64,000 nt of DNA from assembly GCA_038087875.1 (NCBI GenBank), contig CM075981.1, positions 12,338,001 to 12,402,000 on the forward strand, in the 5' to 3' direction. This document shows, piece after piece, positions 26,211 through 39,855 of the stretch (positions are counted from its first letter, which is position 1; each line of letters starts with the position of its first letter). The DNA comes from Malacoraja senta (lineage: Eukaryota). Under the pieces are notes generated by a model. It saw only the letters and a program-made list of their open reading frames with translations. It was not told where the DNA came from and ran no database searches. A program made the position numbers and the translations under genes.

Positions 26211-28993
26211 TAGAGATGCTATTTATTAAAGCCAAGTTGAAAATGAGATTTATGAGGACATTTTTAAATATATAAGAATGGAGTGGTAATGGCTGGAACA
26301 TGTTGCCAGGGCAAGTGGAAGAAACAGATGTGATAGAGGGGGTTTAGATAGGCACATAGACAGGGAAATACATAAAGTGCAGGCAAATGGCATAATGGCC
26401 AGCCCCAACTTAGCAAGTCAAAGGACCTGTTCCCATTTTGTTTTATAGTTTTATGTTCTATAGAGCATTCCCAGTTCTGCAGTCTTCAACCCAAAATATT
26501 AAGAGTTTCCTTCCGTAGATGCTGTTTCACACTGAGTATTTCCAGCATTTGCTTTTATTATAAAACATAAAAAAATGTCCTTAATGTATTCATATGAACT
26601 ATATTAACTGCACTATTCTTTGATAAAAGATTTTCCCAGAAAAGTCTTCAAGAGTTTAGCCAAGAACAGACAAATGACTATGCGTGGACAATGAATCAAT
26701 TACATAGTTCAGCAGTAACTAGGTATGGCAATCATCTCCCCACAAGAAACCATCTTTACCAACATATTGATAACTATGCGGCATTGTCGGCACATGCAAT
26801 GCAAAGCGATTTCCAGGTCAAACGCATCAATCCAAAAATCTAACCAGTGCCTTCCCATCATAAAATCATACTTTAAAAAAAATTGCCAAATCCAACACAC
26901 TTTCCACAGTAAAACAAATATGCAAAATTTGATCACAGATGACCAATTGTACCTACTGCCGGTGGTGACCTTTGGGTTTCCATGGCTTGCTTTAAAGCAG
27001 CACAGATTAAATGGGGTCTCGCATTCTAGGTCTCAATCGACACCAGACCCGCTTCAAATATTATTAATTGGGTTTAAGTCATCCCACCCACCCCATGTTA
27101 CCATTGCCACCTCACCACAATCCCCTAAACCCAACAACACCCTCCCAGCTCCTGATGCACAGAAGGCATGTACAAAACATTGAAACTAGCAAACTAGCCT
27201 GAAAAAACAAATTCCACCAATTGTTATTTTTGTGAACAGAATACAACATAGGAGGGCAGCAAGAATATTTAGTTATAAATTTGGAATCTGGTACTTGGCA
27301 AAGGAAAATTTCGCAAAATTCAAGGCAGAAAGTTAAACAACTTAACTCAGTACAAGCTGATTGTCCATTTATAGCTTTCCATTGTTATCCTATACAGGTG
27401 CAATTATACTTTGCAGGAGTGTAGGGGGAATAAGCAATTTTAATACCTTTAAGTGGATTTACTGGATTTGCTTTTCATGGTATGTAGAGGATAATGTAGA
27501 ATGAACTAGGAACCAACCAAAACATTCATGGAGAAAAACAAATCGAGGGCAAATTTGTCCTTCTTCCAACTTAGTTCTAGCAGTTGAATAGATATTGAAG
27601 ACTACTGGTTTCCCCACTTCTACCTTGTGACAACTGAGCAAGAATTTTTGAAAGCTCTGCTGATACCAAATCCTGAAGCAAAATCAGAAACCTTTTGCAC
27701 TTACAACCTCTGTGCAGGCTTCAATTAAGGAGCATGAAGTCAATACAATAGCTTCAAACCTCTGCATGTGGCCATTCATTGAAACATTTAAAGCATTTGC
27801 CTTAATGTATTGCAGTTGATGTTTTAGTTCAAGAGAATAACTCTTTGCTGAGAAACACACAACCAATAAATTAAGCAAAGTATAGTTTAAATCAACACAA
27901 ACTCAAACAAACTTTTAAATTATTCTGGCTGGCTGACTAACTTTTGAACCTTTACTTCAAATAATCCACATTTAAATTAGAACAAGGCAGCGAGAGAGAA
28001 GGATTCAAATTATACAGCTCAGTTTTATAGAAGCCACTACTCCCTTGGAACTACAGACACATTTTAAAGTATAATAATTTAAACATTTCCCACATTGGAA
28101 GCTCTTCCAAATGAACTGATAGCAAAGTCTCACACTTCAAAAAGCAACAGGGATTATCTAATTGACCTTGAAACCTTTCTATTACTCATGTAAAGTCAAA
28201 GCCTGCTTTGTTTAGACAAGCTAGGGCCTAAAATCTCTGACCAAAAGCACAAGACACAAAGTAGTCCACATAACTCATGGCAATCTTATCTCAGGCTGTC
28301 AAAACATGCAACTTCTGCAAGGGTCATTCATGTCCATCTCTCGTATACCCAGAAATTCTCATGTCCGATGTGCTCCCCACTAATCCACTGCTTTATAAAA
28401 AATATCAAACCAGGATAGGGCAGTATTTTGAAGCTTGCTAATGAGGCACCATCTGCAGGTAAAATAGATGTTGATAATGCTCTGCAAAGGATCCAATGTT
28501 TTTCAGGGACTGAAACAAGCATTTGCATCAAATTTAGAAAGTGAAACATCTACCAGTGTTTAAAAATCATGCACACCATTCACTGAAGGACTAAGCTTGG
28601 AGCCAAAATCCTGCAGTTGTAAAAATTGGTTATTAATTTAAAGCTACATTTGGACATTTTCATGCTTTTGCCAAACAAAATATTTTTGTTGCTTAATTCT
28701 GCACATTTCTATACTTTAAACTCTAGTTTTGTAAAGACTCAACTAATTTTAGCTCTAATGGAATTTTTCCATGATCTTTGTTCAAATGCTACCCAAATGG
28801 TAAAAGCCAAAATTAGCACAGAACAAGGTTAATGGGGCGTGGAATTTGAGGCAAGAGGTTACCCATATTTATAGGAACCATCTAATTTAAAATCAATCTG
28901 GCTGACGTATGCATGCATGCCTAAACTCAAGTGCCTATATGGGCGACCTACCTGAAATCATTTATTACCTGGAAAGACAAAATCCAATCTTAC

Positions 28994-29092
28994 CCCATTG
29001 CGTTCATAGCACACACTGCCTGAAGTCTGACCAGGAGATGAAGGTTTCAGCCCAGATTTGTTCTCAAGGTTAAGGGGAGCAGCACAGACAAC
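28994..29092 (-). CDS. CSDE1: CSDE1 cassette-type exon (VVCAAPLNLENKSGLKPSSPGQTSGSVCYERNG), 99 nt
   Basis: cag|GTT ... GGG|gtaaga; symmetric phase 0. Homolog of the alternatively skipped exon 5 of mammalian UNR. Confidence 0.94.
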
Positions 29093-32000
29093 CTGGACAT
29101 ACCATGACATAACAAAGAATAATGTCAGGAGGGTACATGAAGGCTTTCCAGGGGTTGAAAATGCCACTGGTCAAAGGCCCCAGGTATGTCTAGTTTTTGG
29201 GTTTAGACCAGCAGAAAATATTCCTCCAATGTCTTACGAATTGGTAGAAAAACTTGACTTATTATAGTACCAGATTTCTGCCACTAGCTATTCTATTCAC
29301 ATTACAGCACATATCTAGCAGCAGTAATTCGGTACTCAAACTAATCAGACCTGCAATGGCCCGACAAACTGATTAAAATTCCAGTGTCTGTTTCCAAACC
29401 ACTACATCTAACTTTTCAACCCCTGATTTCCAGATGATTTTTTTGGCAAAAACAGTTCTCTTACAAAGTCAGAAACTTGTAGACAACAATAGTCAAAACA
29501 TATGATGACACTGTTCCATTAGAGAAAGGTAACTTGCACACCAATAAGTATAGTTTCATTCAAACATGAAGATATTATCCTCCACATACCATGGGGGAGA
29601 AAGAAAATCATGATTCAATGGGGAAACCACTGTTCATCTGTCCCTTTAAGAGATTTGCCCTTCAGCATCCCCGAATTTAGCCCTTCTGCCATTGGTGGTT
29701 ATGCTTTTAACAACTCGGCCCCTTTCCTTCAAAACAAAAATCTACTTTTAACAAGATTTTGGTCATCCAACCTAATTCCTCCTTATGAGGCTTGGAGTCA
29801 CAATTTAAAAAAATATTTTGCTGTAAAAGTGTTTTCGACGTTGTCAAATGAAAAAATGTATACGGTTGCTGTTGATTATCGAATTCCTTTTCCAAGTTAC
29901 ATGCAGAAAACCTCTTCAAATCCACTACAAAGTTTATTAATTTTGAGAAGAGTACTTACATTAAGAAAGCCAGAGCAGGTCAGACTGAGCTCCCTAGAAC
30001 TAGGAACAAAGTACAACAAAATGGAAAGCTATATCCAAGAACCCGATTATTAAAGCGGCCCAGAACCGGAGAAGAGTGGCGAGTAAAGGACCAGTACGTT
30101 GACTTACTTCAACACAAAATGGAAGTTGAGGGTTTTTTTTCATTATCCTCCACACACCATGTACATCTCCACAGTAGAATCTCAAATAATAAGCAGAAAG
30201 ACTATATTCTGCCAGGCTAAGCATCCAATAAAATATCCACCGATTAGCACCAAATCATGGTATTGTAAAATAGGTAAATAATGTATTAAATTAAGTAATA
30301 ACAGTAGAATGTTGTTAAACCTAGAATTTAGTTACCACATGAAATGAAGTACCACAAGAAAACTGCCCTAATCTCAAAACAAAACAGCACTGAGAAATAC
30401 TGTGGGTCTTTTTTATTGTAAACCAGCATCTGCAGTACTTGTGTTTACTGAGAAGTAGTTGTTCACTCACCCTGCTGCCTGATGCTCAAGACACAATGAC
30501 ACCTTCCCACATTTGATATCGTCTAAGCTAATTAATAAACACATCCATACCAAACTCACACTATTGTCCCCTTCATAATTTTAGTAACACAGATTACCCA
30601 TTCAGCCTCACTAATGGAGTACAGAATGCAGTTTATAATTCTTGTGCATCACAATGGAAGTGTTCTACACCTTTTTATATACACATTACAGACCACAAGG
30701 CATTACAAACTGCACACATAGCAAGCTCATGCTACCAAGAATGGGAGATCATTCCTCTTCCCCACTGGTTGCTGTATTTAAAACCAAATACCTGTAACCG
30801 TGGCCCATAGTTAAACTGTTATTTTCCGTTATCAGAGAAAGGAATTAATGCAAATGCTTCTCCTTGTTCAAAAAGCTAAGTGTCCAGTAGTAAAATTCAA
30901 GGACATAACTGGAATTAACCCAATTCTCTTCTCCTCTACCTTGTTCAAATAAAGATACATTAAATTAGAACTCATTCCCTCAAAATAGATGGCCATCTGA
31001 TGATTTAGTATTGGTTGGAACCCATCTCCCTTCAGGACTTTAGGGTTTTACCCCCTGGCATAATGGAGATTTTGGAGTCTTTATGAGACTACTCTTTTGT
31101 AGCTCAAATTGTCTAAATTTAATTGCCAGTACTGATACACAATCTCAAATACCCCAAGAAGTAACCCCTCAGTTTAACAAAATTCAACTATAATAATAAT
31201 ATGCACACAGGGCCAATAATAATGTGTCCAAGTTAGTGATTATGATTTCACTGCACCCAAAACACCACCATGATTGAATTTCCTGGCATGTATAGTTTGC
31301 ATTGGGGTCTGGATTCCTTCCTCAGACCAATCCCCATTTTCACAAACTAGCTACTTATTAATAGGTGAATGTCACTTTCTCTTGCCCACTTTTTGGTGTA
31401 GGAATCAAAGTCAACATAAAGGGAATGAGAAGGCTATTGGAAAATGCATAATGCAATCTGCATGTACAAGATTGCCACGTCTGTCATGCAATTATCCTCT
31501 TTCTCCCCAAACAATTGGCAGATCTTATTACTGTCACCAGGTGCTGGTCCTTTGTGACAATTCTACCATTGTTAAATATGCCGACTCATAGACCAGCCTT
31601 GATTTAATTATAGTTTGAGGCAGTCAGAGGAAAGAAATGAGGGAAAGATAGAAAGATCAAGGTTAAATATCAAATGAGTGTCACTAATTAAAAAGCTAGT
31701 CTCAAAATAAGGGCAACTGCATTGAGAAGGTTCATTTATTTTATTCCCTGCAAGACCAAAACAGATGGGCTCAAATACTATAGCCACACACAACTGCATT
31801 CTCTAACGTTCCACTTAAATGGGGCATAAGTGTAAGCAACTTAACTCAATTCTGTTGTTTTTCATGCAAATAATGGTAATGAAACCTATATGTAAACCCA
31901 AGAACACCACCACCAAATATTAGCAAGGTTAAATCATGATAACCATATCCATAAATGTAGCAGGTATAGTCCAACAGTATATTGCAAGCTACTGTGTGCC

Positions 32001-33888
32001 CAGGTCAACCATCCAGAGTTTCACTTCTCTTCTTGACCTACCCACATTTACCATACAAATTAAATGTGCATGGACCAGGAATATTTGGCTCAACAATTAA
32101 GGAATTATAATCCAATTTGACAATGACAGTTGCACAATCATACCTTTCCTCAGCACAATCAGTTCTTGATCAGTGAAAGTACAATTAGAGTTGTTTTCAT
32201 GAAGGCATCTGAATTTGCTTGATTTGATTTTCACAAGTCTAAATGTAATGCTTTAGATTGGTATTCAAAAAGAGAATTTGACAGTATTTGACCAAAACAA
32301 TTTACTGTGGATATTAGAACTGTTCCTCGTGAATTTGTAAAGTTTTATATGTTTTGAAACCTGATTTTTTTAAAGTTAAAAAATCTAGTTGAATGGCCCA
32401 TGACTTTTTGAGCAGGGTCCCAGAGATCAAAAGAAATAAAGTTAGTGGTAATAAGCAGCACTGTAGACTGGCTTCTCTCACCCGCCAAAAATGATTACAC
32501 CAGATACACGTTGGGGCTGTGATGCCAGGAAGTAAAGAAACAGAAATCAGCATAATGAGTTTTAATCTCAAAATAATGAGAATGCTGGTAGAGGTGCTCG
32601 GTAGTATAAATAACCCTTTTAATACAAGGAACAAAAGAGGATTTTCCAGAGATAAAAAAAGGTGCACACTTCATAGATGAAAACAATATCACCTAAATAT
32701 CAAAGAACTTCTACAAATATGACAGTAATACTTAAAATTCTTGGCACTCATTAGCCCATTTTCCCTCAAAATATTACTTAACGTGAAGAGAACAGCTTCT
32801 TGCATCCAGTTTGGAGAATGCAATTGAACTTTTAATTTTAACCAGACAACACAAGAGAAAAAGGTGTGAACAGATGGAGGATCGTGGAACCAAAGTGCTT
32901 GCGAATCCAGTCATTGTTGTGCCTGAAGGATAAACTCAAGATTTTACCAAAAGTTGCCTGCATTGGAAGAGCACACAAATCGGATTGTGATTAAAGATCA
33001 TTTGCATGGAGCAGCCAAAGTTGGTGGGGAAATAAACAATCTTTCCTGAGAAGCACTGAATGGAAGGTTCAGAAAGCCAGCACATAGTCAATTCTGACTG
33101 TTCCATTGAATAAGACATTCTCACTACAACTGTGGCTCATTAAAAATAGTTAATGTATGTTCAATTAGGGCCCCAATAACAGAAAAGCTGAAAAACAATA
33201 AACATCACTCTTTTATGTTGCTCACACACAAGTTCCATCCAGATGAAGGCTATGAAATTTCAAACTTGAATCCTCAAGTCTAAGCCCAACAGATGACAAT
33301 TACTTTCAATACCACCAGGTGGGAGATGCAGACAAGGTACTCTCTCAAAGGAGCAGGAATTCAATCATCAGCTTTCCATTGGATTTATTGATTTATGGGA
33401 ACTACATATGGTATGTGGAGAACAAAGAATTTAACGTACTGACCTTCCTTCACCCACTACCCATCCCCATCCCAAGCATTAATATTTTAGGATTTGAAAA
33501 AGATCAGGCTTCCTGCATGCTGTTATAAAAAAAAAACTCAATTTGATGTTGGTAAGACAGTTGTTCCATAAGATATCTACTTCAATCCATATTAAATACA
33601 ATTAGATTGCTGTCGGAGTAGATAATGCATTGTAAATTTAGCTTCAAAACTGTAACTTTACAGAATAGTAAATACTTATTGTTTACAGTGGGTAAGTTCT
33701 AAGAGCCAGAATTATACAGCATGGAAACAGGCCCATTGGCCCACCAAGTCTGCACTGACTTTCAAACACCCATTCGCACTAATCCAGTTTTATATTCTCC
33801 CCACATTCCCATCAACTATTTCCAATAGTGTTAATGATGTTGGCAAGATAGCTCCCTGATCTCAATGCAGCAACGTAATTATCTTTAC

Positions 33889-33998
33889 CTGACCAGTGAT
33901 CCGTTCTTCAGGCAAAATTTCAGGCTTTACTTTCAGCAGTTTCACAGCAATAGGTTTTCCAGTCCGTCTGTCAGAGGACACTTCGAATTCCACATCAT
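33889..33998 (-). CDS. CSDE1: CSDE1 coding exon (DDVEFEVSSDRRTGKPIAVKLLKVKPEILPEERITGQ), 110 nt
   Basis: ctgcag|AT ... CAG|gtaaag; phase 1 to phase 0. Confidence 0.96.
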
Positions 33999-34491
33999 CT
34001 GCAGATGATTCAGATGGGTTATCATGGAGCTCTTACGATGCCACAACATGAAATTGTCAATTTTGTACATACAATATTTTAAACAAATGTGCAATACTTC
34101 CATTAACAATTTGAATGCAAGATAATAGTTCGAGGTAGCAAGAAGACATTACATCTCAATGACACCTATTTTGTTGAATACAATGGGTGCACTCCAAGTG
34201 CATACTTTCCACAGGTTGTGGCAAGTGTGAAATTGTTTTAGAGCAACTCAGCAAGATCTGCATTCTGGGGAATATTACAGTTATACCAGTTGATATATTT
34301 GCATGATTATCTACTCGGTTGCAGAACAAAATATTAGTTTCATTCCATGGTACAGTTTCTGCTCAGGGGACAATCCACCTGCACTCACTAATCTACCAAC
34401 ATAGCATGGTCCGCTTCCATCTCATCTGGGCTAGCCAAGCCTCATGTAGGGACCCCAGTCATGTATTAGAGAAAATTGGTTTTAAACTGAA

Positions 34492-34623
34492 NNNNNNNNN
34501 NNNNNNNNNNNNNNNNNNNNNNNNNNNNNNNNNNNNNNNNNNNNNNNNNNNNNNNNNNNNNNNNNNNNNNNNNNNNNNNNNNNNNNNNNNNNNNNNNNNN
34601 NNNNNNNNNNNNNNNNNNNNNNN
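34492..34623. other. Assembly gap (132 N)
   Basis: Run of n characters. Confidence 1.
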
Positions 34624-36226
34624 TATTCATACCCCTTGAACTTTTCCACATTTTGTCACGTTACAACCACAAACGTAAATGTATTTTATTGGGATTTTAT
34701 GTGATAGACCAACACAAAGTGGCGCATAATTGTGAAGTGGAAGGAAAATGATACATGGGTTTCAAATTTTTTTTACAAATAAAAAACTGAAAAGTGTCAC
34801 GTGCAAAAGTATTCAGCCCCCTTTACTCTGATACCCCTAAATAAAATCCAGTGCAACCAATTGCCTTCAGAAGTCACCTAATTAGTAAATAGAGTCCACT
34901 TGTGTGTAATCTAATCTCAGTATAAATACAGCTGTTCTGTGAAGGCCTCAGAGGTTTGTTAGAGAACATTAGTGAACAAACATCACGAAGCCCAAGGAAC
35001 ACACCAGACAGGTCAGGGATAAAGTTGTGGAGAAGTTCAAAGCAGGGTTAGGTTATAAAAAAATATCCCAAGCCTTGAACATCTCACGGAGCACTGTTCA
35101 ATCCATCATCCGAAAATGGAAAGAGTATGGCACAACTGCAAACCTACCAAGACATGGCCGTCCACCTAAACTGACAGGCCGGGCAAGGAGAGCATTGATC
35201 AGAGAAGCAGCCAAGAGGCCCATGGTAACTCTGGAGGAGCTGCAGAGATCCACAGCTCAGGTGGGAGAATCTGTCCACAGGACAACTATTAGTCGTGCAC
35301 TCCACAAATCGGGCCTTTATGGAAGAGTGGCAAGAAGAAAGCCATTGTTGAAAAAAAGCCATAAGAAGTCCCGTTTGCAGTTTGCCACAAGCCATGTGGG
35401 GGACCCAGCAAACATGTGGAGGAAGGTGCTCTGGTCAGATGAGACCAAAATTGAAGTTTTTGGCCTAAATGCAAAACGCTATGTGTGGCGGAAACCTAAC
35501 ACTGCACATCACCCTGAACACACCATCCCCACTGTGAAACATGGTGGTGGCAGCATCATGCTGTGGGGATGCTTTTCTTCAGCAGGGACAGGGAAGCTGG
35601 TCAGAGTTGATGGGAAGATAGATGGAGCCAAATACAGGGCAATCTTGGAAGAAAACCTGTTAGAGTCTGCAAAAGACTTGAGACTGGGGCGGAGGTTCAC
35701 CTTCCAGCAGGACAACGACCCTAAACATACAGCCAGAGCTACAATGGAATGGTTTAGATCAAAGCATATTCATGTGTTAGAATGGCCCAGTCAAAGTCCA
35801 GACCGAAATCCAATTGAGAATCTTTGGCAAGACTTGAAAATTGCTGTTCACAGACGCTCTCCACCCAATCTGACTGAGCATGGGCTATTTTGCAAAGAAG
35901 AATGGGCAAAAATTTCAGTCTCTAGATGTGCAAAGCTGGTAGAGACGTACCCCAAAAGACTTGCAGCTGTAATTGCAGCGAAAGGTGGTTCTACAAAGTA
36001 TTGACTCAGGGGGGCTGAATACTTTTGCACGCGACACTTTTCAGTTTTTTATTTTTATTTTTTTTAATTTGAAAACCATGTATCATTTTCCTTCCACTTC
36101 ACAATTATGCGCCACTTTGTGTTGGTCTATCACAGAAAATCCCAATAAAATACATTTACGTTTGTGGTTGTAACGTGACAAAATGTGGAAAAGTTCAAGG
36201 GGTATGAATACTTTTGCAAGCCATGG
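34624..36226 (+). mobile_element. Tc1 DNA transposon (IR/DR type, Passport/Eagle-like); outer left end lost in the N-gap
   Basis: About 200-bp inverted repeats at 34624-34821 and 36009-36226, with internal direct repeats GCAAAAGTATTCA. TA follows the right end at 36227-36228. Confidence 0.95.
34985..36004 (+). CDS. Tc1 DD34E transposase, 339 uninterrupted codons but with the start mutated to ACG
   Basis: Paired-like HTH with GRPPK; catalytic WSDETK, QQDNDPKH, then E after a 34-aa spacer (SPDRNPIE). The in-frame ACG AAG CCC AAG GAA at 34985 corresponds to the usual MK.KE start. Confidence 0.9.
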   Translation, partial: TKPKEHTRQVRDKVVEKFKAGLGYKKISQALNISRSTVQSIIRKWKEYGTTANLPRHGRPPKLTGRARRALIREAAKRPMVTLEELQRSTAQVGESVHRTTISRALHKSGLYGRVARRKPLLKKSHKKSRLQFATSHVGDPANMWRKVLWSDETKIEVFGLNAKRYVWRKPNTAHHPEHTIPTVKHGGGSIMLWGCFSSAGTGKLVRVDGKIDGAKYRAILEENLLESAKDLRLGRRFTFQQDNDPKHTARATMEWFRSKHIHVLEWPSQSPDRNPIENLWQDLKIAVHRRSPPNLTEHGLFCKEEWAKISVSRCAKLVETYPKRLAAVIAAKGGSTKY

Positions 36227-36559
36227 TATATATAGAATTGGGCAGACATCCCAAGGAAAATTAGTTTCTTAAAAGTGGCAAATTAACATGACCAGGAAAA
36301 AGGCAGAGGATCCAAAAGAATACCCTGGAGGTTGTAGCTGCAGGATTGTCTAACCTCCCAGCACCAATACTGTCCACCTGGAGGGCCAGTAAAGGATACC
36401 TTTGAGGTCAGGGAGCATGTTGGCACAACCCAATGTCCAGAACAAGGGTGCAGATCCTACTCTAAACACAGCAGTACTGCATTAGCCGATGGGTGTGACA
36501 CTATAGCAGTGGTACAGGCCTGCAACCTGTTCCTGTGACCATGGTGTGCCTCAGGGATC

Positions 36560-36990
36560 AATGCTGGGTCCATTGCCGTTTGTGGTTTAGAGCAACGATT
36601 TGGATGAGAATGCAGAAGGCATGATTAGCTAGTATGCAGATGATACCAAAGTGGGCAGCATCATAGATAGCGAAGATGGTTATCAAAAATGACAGTAAGT
36701 CACCCTGCTATAGGAAGTATGTTGTTAAGCTGGAAAGAGTGTAGAGAAGATATACGAAGATGTCGCCAGGACTTCAGAACGTGAGCTATAGGGAAAGGCT
36801 GGGACTTTATTCCTTGGAGTGCAAGAGTCTTTGACCTAGCGTAGGGGAAATCAAGAACCAGAGAAAATAGGTTTAGGTGAGAAGAAAGAGGATATGGGCC
36901 AAACACCGGCAGGTGGGACTAGTAGAGATGGGGCATCTTGGTTGGCATGGGTAAGTTGGGCCAAAGGCCTGTTTCCATGCTATATGACTA
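36560..36990 (+). mobile_element. CR1 fragment with internal deletions
   Basis: GVPQGSMLGPL, YADDTKV, KLERV remnants and CR1 3'UTR. Confidence 0.75.
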
Positions 36991-38941
36991 ATATTGGAAA
37001 ACAGTACTGAAGCACAAATCCATCACCGCATTAAACAGGAACACAAAATTATTGGGTATATCCTTTAAAGATTGACACAGGCACAATTTAAATAAATTTG
37101 AAGTCACTTACCTACTTGGTAAGAGTATATACCAAGGTCTTGGCATTTACTCTTAACAAGACCTGGTAAGCAGTCTACCAACTTTTTTTAACAGATATGT
37201 GCATCAGGCTCAAGGCATTGCCAAAGTAGACACTGCGCTATATTTATGAATATGGTTGGAACGGAAATGTGTACAACTTCTTGACTTCCAAGTGGGAAAT
37301 GCTTGCTTCACAGAAACAGCTAAGTTGTATCAACGGCTAGATTTAAACCTTTTCTGGTCTGAATCATCTTTGCCAAATTATCTGGAGCACTGCCTTGAGA
37401 ACTCGCAAAATATAGGAAACGTTGAAGAGATAAATTCTGCAGAAGGTGCAGAAGAGCAAAACTGGATAGGTCAAAAAGGGCTAAACATTCTAAATTTTCT
37501 GGCAGAGCGAGGGGCCAAGGTCAAAACCCAATCCTCAAATCCCATCACTTTCCCAGATATCTCAAGCTCCCAAACCCTTTCCTGCAGGAGTTTTGCACAT
37601 CAGAGAAAATACCTTGCAGCTGAAAAGCGAGAAACTCTCGACACCTCTCTCCACCTGCCCTTAGACTTGATGGCGTGGCAAAGGAGGGACCTGGTTTTGT
37701 GGCATTATATCCAAATCTTAATACTCCACACTGATTGACAAAATTTGTTTATTTTGCACAAGCCTTATCGATTTTCTCCACTCATCCCCATCCCCAACTT
37801 TATTTTGAATACAGTTGTTAAATCATTGCGAATGGTCATTGTGTCAATGCCAATAAAATGGTTTTATATGAGAGAAAGCCATCCCGTAGGAATACATTTG
37901 TGCTTATAACAAGAGATGCAATGGGACAAAGAGGGATTGCTTTACACAAAATAAAATCTCAATATGGATGGTGTTGTAATAATGCGACCCCTCCATAGTG
38001 AGGGGGAGCCTATATTTCCAAGGAGTAAAAAAACAAGGAGTGATCTCAGGATAGCAGTTGAGTGCCTGGCTTGAAAGATTTTCCCTGAACAAGAAAATTA
38101 ACATGCCATGTACAGAATTTGTTTACCCTCATCTTGAACGTTTATCATTGCACACCCTCAGGAAGAAAAGATAAATTTATGTGGATGGTGTTGTACCAGG
38201 CACAAAAGGAATATGGCCATGTCCTTTTAACAGCCAGTCAGTATCAAGGTATTCAGCTGCACAATCAATAGTGTTCCCTTCGTCATTTGGCCACAAAGTA
38301 GGCTACCCATAGATGGCAAAGTTCAGATCTATTTGAAATTCTTCATAATGAAAAAAATCATGACTGTTGCCAGTAAGACTTGGATATTGTCCAAGCTCAA
38401 ATTGATGTAGACTAAACCTCATGTCCAGATGGTCAATGACCAAGTCCATAAGAATATAACCATCTCCAAATACTTTCATTAGTATTACCACTTCCAAATC
38501 ACTCAGTGGCCCTAGGATCACCTAAAATTGAAATGGATCAACCACAAAAACCACAGCATGTGAAAGATAAGATATTCTGTGGCAAGTGACTCCAAAATAC
38601 CTACAAGTCACAGCATGAGTGTGTGGCATATTCTCCATTTAGCTGGATGAAGCCGATACCTATAAATACAGCTAAACAGCATCAAAACATTTTAAATCAC
38701 TACCTTTGTGAATTCTTAACAAGGTGAATGACAATCTTAAGCATTTTAAGTAGATTTTAAACAACATAATTTAAAGACCTTTACAGAGGCCCAGAGAAAA
38801 ATTTGTCTTGCAAAATGCAAAGCTGGTTCTATCTGCCCAAGACTAAAACCACTGAAAGTGGCAGCCGCTGTAACTTCAAGACTAGACGAATTCAGAAGCC
38901 GAGCCAACCACCCAAGAAAGTAAAGTATACTCAGTCACTGA

Positions 38942-39176
38942 AGGGCCTGACCCACTTGCCGATTGTTTTCAGCGACTGCCGGCACCATTGACTGACGTAT
39001 CAGGTCACTGAAAAAGTCGCGGCGTGATGACGTAGTGACGAGCGGTGTTTCCTCAGGTGACGCAAATTTTTTGTCGCTGCCAGATTTTGAAATGTTCAAA
39101 ATCTTTCGGCAACCCTGATACGTCAGTTAATGATGCCAGCAGTCGCCGAAAAAAATCGCCAAGTGGGACAGGCCCT
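38942..39176. mobile_element. MITE, PIF/Harbinger-like (235 bp)
   Basis: TIRs AGGGCCTG(A/T)CCCACTTG..GATT with imperfect pairing continuing about 60 bp; flanks TGA and TTA. Confidence 0.75.
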
Positions 39177-39855
39177 TTAAATATTTTACTTGTAGCAAAT
39201 GAAAGAAAGGTTTGGAATAGCCCTCTGATTCATTCTTCTGACTGACTTTGCATGTCTTGGTAACCATGATTTAACTATAACAAAATAATTTTGATATTCT
39301 TTAATGCAATTTCCACTTCAATGTTTTGTTATCCTTTTCAATGAGCTGTATTGTTATTCCTTTGTTAACAGTGGGTCAGCTCTGCAATCTTTTTAAAAAA
39401 ACAAATATGTTCATCTATTTATGTATTGCCCTACATTTAGGCAGAATTCCAAGTTATGCCTACACAAATCACCCAAGTTCATTTGTGAAATTTCTGAAAG
39501 AGACCCAGCAATCCCTGTTCAAAAGCCAGGCAATCCTATTACAGAACATTGTGGATGGGGAGCTAGGCATTGATGTCTCAGCAGTTTTCATTGAAAAACA
39601 TTTGTGCTCTTTCACTTGAATATACTGCCCATGTCAGAAATGCGAAATGTAGAATATAATGGTGTGCATTTAAAAAGCTTTAAACATAAGCACGACACAC
39701 ATTTTACACAAACTAACAATTTGAATTGAAATAAGGAATTTCAAAATAAATTAGTGCCCTACTTATAACGGTATACCACTTCATACAGAGCAATGAAGTG
39801 CCCATAAAATGGACAACTGGAACATTACACATATCAAGCAGTGACAATTTCTCAC

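Noticed and set aside
30471-30527. Good donor AGG|gtgagt with nearby AGs
   Set aside because: The acceptors lack a pyrimidine tract and there is no supporting motif; likely a pseudo-exon.
26725-37738. Longer intronic track ORFs (26725..27183, 29610..30053, 37256..37738) as nested genes
   Set aside because: No recognisable domains or splice structure, and composition typical of random AT-rich ORFs.
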